NCBI GenBank assembly: GCA_032718475.1
Contig: JAUCBJ010007152.1
Span: forward strand, 9,381 to 73,380
From: Nemertoderma westbladi
Taxonomy: Eukaryota; Animalia; Xenacoelomorpha
Reading direction: 5' to 3'
Length of the DNA: 64,000 bases
Below, piece after piece: positions 1 to 10,694 of this stretch; position 1 is the stretch's first letter, and each line of letters starts with the position of its first letter. The notes under the pieces were generated by a model, which saw nothing but the letters and a program-made list of their open reading frames with translations, made no database searches and had not been told where the DNA came from. The position numbers and the translations under genes were made by a program.

Positions 1-7
1 TAGTAGT

Positions 8-3000
8 TTGTTGACTGGACCTGCACTACTGACGACTAAACAGGTGAGTCCACCGTCGACACCTAAACCCGTTACATACTACGCTTACCCAATGACGTTT
101 CTACCCACAAGGCCAGTTGTTTCAAATGCTGTCATTCGCCCACCGGTTCAGTTTACATCGCAATCTACGACTTCGAGGAAGACTTGTGAGCCTACCGAAC
201 AACGGAGACCAGTGGATACGCGACCGTTCAACCAATTTACATCGCAATCTACGACTTCGAGGAAGACTTGTGAGCCTACCGAACAACGGAGACCAGTGGA
301 TACGCGACCGTTCAACCAATTTACATCGCAATCTACGACTTCGAGGAAGACTTGTGAGCCTACCGAACAACGGAGAACAGTGGATACGCGACCGTTCAAC
401 CAATTTACATCGCAATCTACGACTTCGAGGAAGACTTGTGAGCCTACCGAACAACGGAGATCCGTGGACGATGTTCCGAAACGGAACGTTAGAATTCGTA
501 CGACGCAACGGACGCGAGCACGTCGACCACCATATCCAGATGATAGTAGTACTTCGAGCGAATCGGATTACCCGAAACGCGAGGTATTTAGAACAGGGGC
601 GGCCGATGAATACAAACGCGAGCGTTCAGACAACTCCTTTGCAGACAATCCTCCACAGAATACACCAACACAGAAGGCGTTACAACCAACGGACGCAATT
701 AGTACACAACAGTTCGCCGACATCCTGCGACCAGTTGTTAACAAGTTGGCTCAGATCGAGGAACGTCTGGAGGAAGGTTACACCGACAGTTCGAGAAATT
801 CCGAATTCGAACACAATAGACACCCGAAGGAACCACAAAGACCGGTACCTTCAAACCCCACATCGTATCAGGGAAAAGCGCCAAGAAGGGATATCAACAA
901 GGTTACCAACCAAGGACGCGAAACTCTGAACGTTGCCGAGGAGATAGCGAAATTCGCAGCCAGACAGGGATTGCCGGTACAACAACCACCGAAGTTTTCC
1001 GGTAGCTCAAAACACTGGCATACTTTCGTAGACTATATCGAATCCCAGATCGCCGTGTGCGCCTTTACATCACGGGAGAAGTTTAATTACCTGCTTCAAA
1101 CGTTGTCAGGAGAACCTAAACGTTTGGCGGAGACTTTCGTCGGTGTACCGGACGCTTTCGAACTAGCGTACGATCGTTTAACTTCGATATACGGAGGTAC
1201 AGTTAGTATGGCCAGGTCAGTAATAGAGGAACTCTGTAAGGGAGGGGCTATCACTAAACCCGTCGACTTATTAAAACTGGCCGACGAGATAAAAAACGCT
1301 ATCACTACTTTAAGATCCATTGGACAACTTGATTACGGGAATACCCCTACAGTCCTATTAAAGATCATAGGACGACTCCACCATCGACTTCGTCGGGAGT
1401 GGAGGAAGGTCGAATACCAGCGGGAAGAGCGGGGAGGATTCTTAAAATTAGAAGATGTGTACCTTTTAATATCCAGGGAGGCAGTAGTAGAAACTAGATC
1501 TAACTACACCGACCAGCACATCGTGGCAGAAGGAATCACACTGCCATCCTCCAACCGACAAAAACCCCAGACAACATCCACTAAGACGGCCACTTACGCC
1601 ACACCGACGGAATCACGACAATTCTCGGACGGTAGTAGGGTATCTGCGCCCATTGGGACAAAACAGACGAGACAACAACTTAGTACCGACTTCAGCGGCT
1701 GCCAATACTGCGAGCATCTAGGCAAGCGGTATATCGGTCACAAGTTACGAGGTTGTCGACAATTTCGCGAGTTGAACTCGGAAGAATGACGGCTGCAAAT
1801 ACGGCCATTGGACTCTTGTTGGCGGTGTACGCGACACGGACACGTCCGTAAAGATTGCCCAAATACCGACACTTGTCCATCCTGTGGACGCAACCATGAC
1901 GGTCTGCTCCACACAGACAGCCACACGCCGACGAAACGCTTCGCCAGGGAACACCCGGAAGCAGCAGCGAGATGTGATGCGGCCTACCGAAAACGAGAAT
2001 CGAAAACAACTCCAACCTTCGTGACCCATATTGAGGATTGCTTCTCAGAACAATCCGGATCGTCGGACGAAGAGTTAGAAGACGACGACGAATATTCCAA
2101 TGGAGACGAACAACCGTCGATCGCGCTTCTGACTACTGACCAACTGAAGGGATTCAGTGTAATTCCGATTAAGGTTACTGGCACAAAGGGGAGCAAAAGA
2201 ATCTACGCGATTCTAGATTCAGCCTCATCTCACAGCTACGTGGACGAAAAGATAGCTGACGTAGTGACGGATCTTAAACAAGGTAAGTGCGTCAGTTATA
2301 CAGTAAGTAGTATGCACGGACAGCGTGCAATACCAGTGACACGAGTTAAGTTGGACTTAGACTCTCTTCTTCCAAAATCGCAGCACAGCGAGAGGGAGAG
2401 GTCTTTGTTGCCCTTTAAAGATCTAACCTTTGCGGCTACGAAGGACTTTAGTAACCTACTAGGTCCAGTGCCGGAACAATCTCTAGAGGACCGTAAGTAT
2501 TTCAGACACCTTGGTGTACCCGAATGTCCTGTCAATTATAGATCGGTAGCCATGCTGATCGGGACAGACCAATTCAACCTACATCAGGTGTGGGAAACCA
2601 GACCATCGGCAATTGTAGCGGGAAACGCATACGCCTGCAGAACGCCGATAGGGTGGTATACTCGAGCGCCTGTGCGCACACTAGACGTAAGTGACGAGGA
2701 AGACGATGTACAGAGTACATGTAGTTTATTAACTACAAATTCAATTCATTCCTTTTCACACGACGTGAACCATACTACGCTACAGTCGACAAAACATGAC
2801 AGACGTGTAACTAGTATGATAAGTCACAAGGAGCAGCTAACCCACCAGGTGAGTTTAAAACTTGGGGAGAAGACGAGTCAGCTAGAGATTCCATCGACGA
2901 CAGATGATAGGCTTGCGAGTCTACCTACCCCAATAACCTCAACAGTGCCCGTCGATATCGATGATGACGCGTTGAGAAATCATCAAATGGAACAAGCCGC

Positions 3001-6000
3001 TTTGGACAAAGAATTAACGGAGAAGACTATCAGGTGGTTAGAACAAGATACAGCTGAACCTGGTAGCTACGAACCTTGTATGTCGGAACAGGAGAAACAA
3101 TCTCTGAAGATCATGGAAGATACTATCCGCCAGACGAAAGACGGACATTATGAGGTAGGGATGTTATGGCGTAGCCAAAGTCCTAAACTTATAAACAACT
3201 ATCCACTAGCCTTGAGACGTCTACACTCAATACGGCAACGTCTATTAAAGGACGAGAAGGCCCATCTGCAGTACAACACTCAGATGGAGACGTATTTGAC
3301 TAAGGGATACGCTATCCAAATGACGAACCCGGAGATAGTGACTGACCAAACATATTACTTGCCACATCACTATGTGAGACACCCCGACAAACCAGATAAA
3401 GTACGCGTAGTCAATGACTGTGCGGCTCTGTTTGAGGGAATGTCCCTCAATAGTGAGTTGATGGATGGACCAAACATGAATAATTATCTTATGGGGGTGA
3501 TTATGCGCTTCCGTCAGCGTCAAGTAGCTTTTACTTGTGACGTTGAAGCGATGTTTCACCAAGTGAGAGCGTTAGAGCGAGACAGAGACAGTTTGCGGTT
3601 CCTCTGGTACCCGGAAGGAGACTTAAGTCTACCACCGGCGACTTACCAAATGCAAGTTCGCGTTTTCGGTGCCAGAGACAGCCCAAATTGCACGATGTAC
3701 GCCCTAAAGCAGGCCGCTAGGGATCAGAAACACCTGTATGACCCAGAGATAATTAAAATCGTAGAGCGTGACTTTTACGTTGACGACGGTTTACAGAGTT
3801 GCGACACAGTAGAACGTACTACAACAGTAGCACATCAATTACGGGACTGCTTAGCGGGCGGAGGTTTTAACCTCACCAAATTCGCCTCAAACAGTGCCGA
3901 ATTAGTAGACTCATTCGGGACTACTGAGCGTGGAGGTGGTGACATAGACCTAGAGTTCGAACCACTACTGACGACTAAGGTGTTAGGGCTCTTTTGGGAC
4001 CCAAACACAGACAACTTTCGAGTGAAAGTGAGACTGGACAGTCAAGAGAACACACTGACAAAGAGATCATGCTTGTCAAAGTTGAGCCGATTGTTCGATC
4101 CGTTAGGATTCATCAGTCCAGTGATACTGCAAGCCCGCATTTATATGCGCAGTATATGGAAGGATGGACTAACATGGGACGAGCCGATCTCATCAGACCA
4201 AGTAGACTTATGGAAGACCTGGGAGGCGGAATTATCTTCGCTAGAGGATTATTCCATACCCAGGGTTTACTTTCCATTGCAAAGTACATTTCCTGACAAC
4301 TTGGAGCTACACTGTTTTTCTGACGCCAGTGACAACGGTTTTGGTGTGGCAGCGTACTTGCGCAGACAAGTAGAATCAGACGAGTTCGATGTTTCGCTCA
4401 TTACTTCTAAGGCTAAGACCATGCCTACTAAGTATATGACGACACCACGAGCCGAGCTACAAGCCGCAACCCTGTCAACCACCATCGTGAACCTCATACA
4501 GACAGAACTACAGTCGAGTTTACAGATATTTTATTGGACTGACGCGACGTTGGTTTTATTTTACATAAACAACGACACACTCGAATTCAAGACATTCGTA
4601 GCTAACCGTCGCGCGGAAATTCTAGACCGTTCAATAAAAGAGGATTGGCGACATTGTCCCGGACCACAAAACCCAGCTGATATTGCGTCGCGAGGAATGA
4701 TGCCTGAGGAATTCTGTAAACCGGAGAACAAAGAATTTTGGCAACACGGACCCCAATTCTTGCAGAAATCGACACAAGATTGGCCTCCGTTATACGACAA
4801 CAAATCTAACACTATCCCTAAGGACGCCGAAATCAAGAAACCAAAAAAGGGGAAGACAAAGAAAAAGACAACGGCGGCAAAACTCAAGAAAAAACCAAAG
4901 GCGAAATGGAAAGATATAACTTCAAAGGTCAAGAGAGGAAGACTTGCGAGCCTTTCTACACCAGACATATCGCCAGACGGTCAACCAGACACGTTACTAG
5001 ACGGTCAACCAGACGTTTTGCCAGACATGTCACGAAATGTTCCACCAGACGCTAGTAACACACTGACAAACAGTAAAGCCGCAGTTTCTCTATTGGAGCG
5101 GCCTTCTATTGACAAACAACCAGATACGTTACCAGACGTATCGCCAGACACATTACTAGACAGTCGACTAGACATTTTGTCAGAAACATCACAAAATGTT
5201 CTACCGGACATTAGTAATGTATCGACTAACAGTAAAGCCGCAGTTTCCCTATTGGAGCGGCCTTGTATTGACAAACTACCAATTTTGACACACTTGAGCA
5301 ACCATAAGCACGGTGAAACCTCATGTATTACAGATGTGGGTAGTACCTACGCTAATGTAAATACAGGTGTTACTTTGCGCTCAAGAGACATACCGAACTT
5401 GCAACCTATGGTGAGACCTGGGATTAATGTCGGCAGGAAAATAAGTTTACCGAAACCTGCTGACCCCATAGAGTTCAAACCACCATTAACGATCGACTTA
5501 CAAAGTACTGACGATCAAGGTAAGAAGACGAAGAAGGACAAATTACTTGTAGACCCGGACGGATCAACAGTCAACAAGGGAATACCTACCGGCGGACCCG
5601 TGGGCCCTTCTAGTAATTCAAAACCTTCCAAAATCTCCATTGACTTACCTGATGACGTCACAAATACTCATGTCGACCGTATTGTAAACTTAACAGATTC
5701 TTGGACAAGCGCTTGCCGAAAATTAGCGTGGATTGTACGTTTTGTACAATACGTTAAAGGCAAACGCGACTTTACGCGTCGACTTACATTGACTGAGATT
5801 GACAGGTGTGAGATTAAATTAATTCGCCATTATCAACTGCGATATTTCGCGCGCGAATTCACATCTATAAATCAAGGTCAACCAATCAAGTCGTCACCAA
5901 TACTGAATTGGAGTCCGATAATTTATAATGGCTTAATTTGTCATAAATCTCGGCTTCAAAACATTGACTTTAACACAAACTTTAGGTACCCAATAATAAT

Positions 6001-7180
6001 ACCGCAACACCACGAACTACAACGTGCAATGATACTGGATGCACATCTACATCTGAAACACGCTGGAAGACACCACTGTCTTTCCTACTTACGTACTAGA
6101 TTTGTATTAATTAGACCCAGTAAAGCATTAAGTTCAGTGACACGTACGTGTATTATTTGTAAAAAGGTACATTCTAGAATAGGTACCCAAGAAATGAGTG
6201 AACTACCACAAGCACGACTTCAAGCATTCAGACCACCTTTTACAGAGACTGGAATTGATTGCTTTGGTCCCATACATACGAAACGTGGACGTATACTAGT
6301 AAAACGCTGGGGACTGATTTTCACATGTATGTCCAGTAGGGCAGTTCATATTGAACGTGTGATGGATCTTTCCACCAACGCGTTTATACTAGCACTGCGG
6401 CGATTTATCGCTAGACGCGGACTAGTAAAATGCTTGTACTCAGACCAAGGGACAAACTTTGTTGGTGCTCGGAATGAGCTTGCTAGAGCCTTTAAGAAAT
6501 TAGATCACGATCAAATCTCGAACGAACTACAACCTCACAAGATTGTTTGGAAGTTCAACCCTCCAGATAGTCCTTGGAGAGGCGGAGTCTGGGAGAGACT
6601 GATTAGATCTATAAAGACAGCTATGGCAAAAGTCATTCCAGTAAACCACATACTGACAGACGACCAACTGACAACATTGTTTGTTGAAATCGAGGCAATA
6701 CTAAATACTAGACCAATAGTATTAGTACCCGATGACAAACAATCTCAGTTCGCTTTGACACCGGCACACCTGCTAATGCAGGCACCGACCACATTAATGC
6801 CTATTTCTATTCCAATAGAAAGCGACAGCTACGGTAGAAAAGCGTGGAAAATCACGCAACTACTGGCTAACAAATTCTGGGAAATATGGCAAAACCATTA
6901 TTTGCCCTCTATTTCTGCCAGAACAACTTGGTACAATAACACCCGCGCATTAAAGACGGGAGATCACGTGCTGTTAGCGGAAGTGAATCTAAAAAGACGC
7001 TTCTGGATAACAGGTGTAATTTTAGCCACACATCCATCTATGGATGGAGTGACAAGAACTGTGACGGTACGGACAATTGACGGTCGTACAGTAGACAGAC
7101 CGACTCAACGTCTCGTACTTCTTGAAGAGACTCGTAACGAGTCTGGAGACTACAAATCTCCACCTAATACAAGTAAATAA
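8..7180 (+). CDS. BEL/Pao gag-pol polyprotein with one in-frame TGA (1787-1789); frame open to the window start
   Basis: ORFs 8..1789 and 1808..7180 share a frame. Gag PKFSG..W..F and CWRC..GH..C/CPSC..H..LLH knuckles; protease ILDSAS; RT YYLPHH, FGARDSP, FYVDD; RNase H FSDAS, PRAEL, NPADIASRG; integrase H-H-C-C, IDCFGP, SDQGTNF, GGVWERLI. Confidence 0.95.
149..470 (+). repeat. 84-bp (28-aa) coding tandem repeat, about 3.8 copies, in gag
   Basis: QFTSQSTTSRKTCEPTEQRRPVDTRPFN repeated; gaggaagacttg at 175, 259, 343, 427. Confidence 0.95.
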
Positions 7181-7842
7181 TTAGGAGTTTACAAATAGAT
7201 TTCCACGTACCTGTACACCGTAGTAAGGACAGCGGTAGAATTCCATTGTCTTTATATGTGAACATTGAGGGTAGTACCCTTATGTGTCACATAGGAGCGG
7301 GATTTGTAGGTATAAGAAATGGAATTCTACTTGGAACTCACAATATTGAGACATTTTCGAAATTTTAGACAATCCATTTGGATTTGAAAAATTTTTAAAA
7401 ATTTTCTCCAGTGAATAGATTTCAGGGTACAGTCGGGTGGAACTTAAAATTAGAGAAACAAGAGAGGAAGACTTGCGAGCCTTTCTTAAAAATTTTAATT
7501 AAATTTTACACGGTCTTGTTTCAATAAGTTACGTCAAAATAGACTCCCCTATATTTATTACTAATTCTTGATTGCTTATTTTCTGATAATAGTTTGGGAT
7601 CAAAAAGTGAGTATTTTAAACTCACAGCCAGTTTAGCCCAAATTCGTTTTTATTTCGGCAAAAATTTTTAGATAAGAAGCAGCGTGTCATTAAAGAAACC
7701 CTAGATCTTAGGCTATGGGTAGGAGGTTAGAGCGTTGTCGAAGCCCAAAAGGCAGACGAAACTCTCACGTCTCCTCACAACTAACCACAAACTCTGTTGT
7801 ATTCCCTCTAGTAGTAATGATTATGTAACTACACCTCTAATT

Positions 7843-9542
7843 ATGGAGAAAGGGATACAAGGAGAGCCGAGATGGGGATATGATATCCAAGAGGAGGCAG
7901 CAGCGCCATTCGAAAGATTTGGAGCCAAGGACTACACTATATTTGGTATAAAGGAATTATCAGAAAGTACAGCGAAGCTCGCAAAGACAGCAATGCCTTT
8001 ACTCGAGCAGGATTTAGCATATTTCGAGACGTGTATCTTCGCTGTGCGGGATCTCTTATCGAAAGACCATCTATGTTTACATTGTTACCCTATGAAGGAG
8101 AACGTATCGTGGAGATTACGGATGAATCACAGCAGACGCGCGCGCCTATCGGTCACCTTGGTGATGAATTCGAAGTAACTACTACGATCGCCGACGATCC
8201 TTTAGAGGAACTTCTTGAGATAGAAAGGAACCTCCCGAAGAAATCTCAGACGGAGATTCGACAACTTGAAGCAACAGATGCTATAGTTTGTATACAACCT
8301 TCAGAAACCTACCAACCCATAGACCCAGACGATTACGATTATAGTATGGGAGGAAGCGCTCGACCGATTGGAGATCTTATATACGAACGAGTGTGGTACC
8401 CTGCCAATACGATGTGTAGTAAATGTGGCGTCGCTGGACATCATATGACAAAGTGCAGTGGAAAGCACATTACTACGACTCAGCTAATCTGTGGATGGTG
8501 TGGGGATCAAGGGTCTCATACCTTTTATACTTGCTGGAGATTTATGGCTCAATGTACTTATTGCAATATAAAAGGGCATCGAGCATCTGAATGCCAACTA
8601 AGAGACATACCTTATGAACACGAATCTGTAAAACTCGTGAGAAATTATTTGATGAGTGGGAAGATTTAGCCGACGAGCATGTATCGGCACAAAGAAGACG
8701 GTTTCCGATGAGAGCGCATCTTGGATTTTGGGCGGTAAATCCCCAGACGATATGTCGGAAGGATACATCTCCGCTATGCCCCAATATGACGAACTTATCG
8801 AGGTTGTCGATATTTTGCCCCACGACAGCGGATTCCGAGTGGTGCGCGAGTATCTGTTACAAATTCACCCGGATAACAAAACACGTGGAATTTTCAGAAA
8901 GTCGTTAATCGGATTACGTATGGTGAATTCGATCGTTTCCGAACTGAAAAGCGGAATAAAGGAGCTTGGTTAACCGTCGCATGGGCGTACCGAGCCGCGT
9001 TTTACCACAAACGTATACGAGCGAGCGTATTCGAGGAAGAGGAGGTCCTAGAGGCGACAAATATACCAGCCACTCCGGTTGCGCCGTCTGCACGTCACCC
9101 TCGGGAGGACGGGCAGGGTAGGATCATACGGGTCCAGAAAGTGGGCCAACAATTAAAGAAAATTATTGATGTAGAAGAACGCAAGGGAGTTGAGCCGACC
9201 ATTCGAGTTACTCGGGATACGGTATCACTTCCAAGAGAACCAGTAGGAGGATCGGGACATACACCAGCTGATCAACAGGGGGCGCAAGCTACTCTTGGGT
9301 CTGCGTCGTCCGCTTCTCGCGCGTTCCCAGAAGTTCTACCAACTGTAGTGACAACTGATCGGTCACGAGGAATCGGTCGAGGTTTTGGGATGCCAAATAG
9401 ACGAATTTGCGAAGAAATGGTCGCACCGTCTCTCAACGTCCAAACGAAACCAGTGACTCGCCCCACGAGTCCCATATCGCGAGCAAAGTCACCTGTGCGC
9501 AGTTTTCGAGGACGCGGCAGGGCTCGATCCACTAAGCGATAA
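7843..9542 (+). pseudogene. BEL accessory ORF with three zinc knuckles, frameshifted
   Basis: Overlapping ORFs 7735-8178, 8031-8669, 8656-8973 plus an open frame about 8950-9542 join by three frameshifts. Motifs CSKCGVAGHHMTKC, CGWCGDQGSHTFYTC, CTYCNIKGHRASEC. Confidence 0.65.
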
Positions 9543-10146
9543 AAGGGAGGGCAAGGGTGGACGGAAGACTCGTGAGCCTTTCTTGTGAATTTGTGATTTA
9601 TTTGAATTTATATTTATATTTGTGATTATTCCGAACTTATGCAATTTATATTATTCCGAACTTATGCAATTTATATTGTTCCGAATATTATGCAATTTAC
9701 ATTTTATAGGCAGTATTACAGTGAAACAGAAATTTTCATTTATTTGTATTTGTAATTGTTTGAATTTATGCAATATTGAGATGCAATAGATTTATATTGG
9801 TGAATTTAATTTAGATTTATATTGTACTTACTTAGTAAAGCCTTAAATACGTAAAGTTTGAATTTGTAATTATTTTGTATCGAATCATTACGTAGAAAGG
9901 AAGTATTGTTTGAAATTTAATTGTAAATATGTAAGTACGCCCTAAGTATTCTATAGTTTGATTGATTATTGGTGAAAACCGTATATTTTATGCACGATAA
10001 TATCCTGTTTTCATGGAGCGGTATAGAATTATATTCCCTAAATGCCGTGAATTTTCAAAATTTTATTTTATTCGGATTAACTTTGTAAAAGATTGCTTTG
10101 AATCCTCATTTGTATTTGTAATATCTATTGTACATCTATTGGTCAA

Positions 10147-10225
10147 GTGGTTCAGTAGCTCAGTCGGTAGAGCGTTGGAAATTATATGTGTAGTAGGTAT
10201 TGAGTTCGAATCCTAGTAAGTGCGA
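10147..10225 (+). promoter_or_regulatory. tRNA-derived Pol III A/B box segment (not a functional tRNA)
   Basis: A box TAGCTCAGTCGGTAGAGC and B box GAGTTCGAATCC at tRNA-like spacing; acceptor and anticodon stems do not pair well. Confidence 0.6.
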
Positions 10226-10694
10226 ATTGTTTTTTGTGCAGAATTTCAACTCATTTAAATTAACCGCTACAAATTAATTGCATTTGTCTGTACCAATGAG
10301 ACTGTAGTTATTTGATTGTAACCAATGTCGTGCAAGTTATATATTAGCTGGACCAATAGCTATCTTTAAAAACCTGTTAGAACCTATTTATTTATTTATT
10401 TATTTCCTTTCCATTATCGGGCACTAATGACCCATGCTACTGTACGTACATTTTTAATATACTAAACGAAACACATAGCACAAAAATTAATTACGGTTGG
10501 ACCCTACAATCTATAATTAAATTCACAGTGACCGACAATCGACCAAAGAAAAAAAAAAAAAAATGAAACCAATAGAACTTCATTATACACTATCATTACA
10601 AAGTGAAAAATGCAAAAAAACACAAAAAAAAACAAAAAATTTACGAGGGTGGATATTTATGGCCCAGTATTGCGAATATATTAATTATACAATA

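Noticed and set aside
117-929. 270-aa alternative-frame ORF and antisense ORFs over the gag repeat
   Set aside because: By-product of a stop-free 84-bp tandem repeat; no independent motifs
10147-10225. Functional tRNA gene
   Set aside because: A and B boxes are present but the cloverleaf stems do not pair; kept only as a tRNA-derived segment
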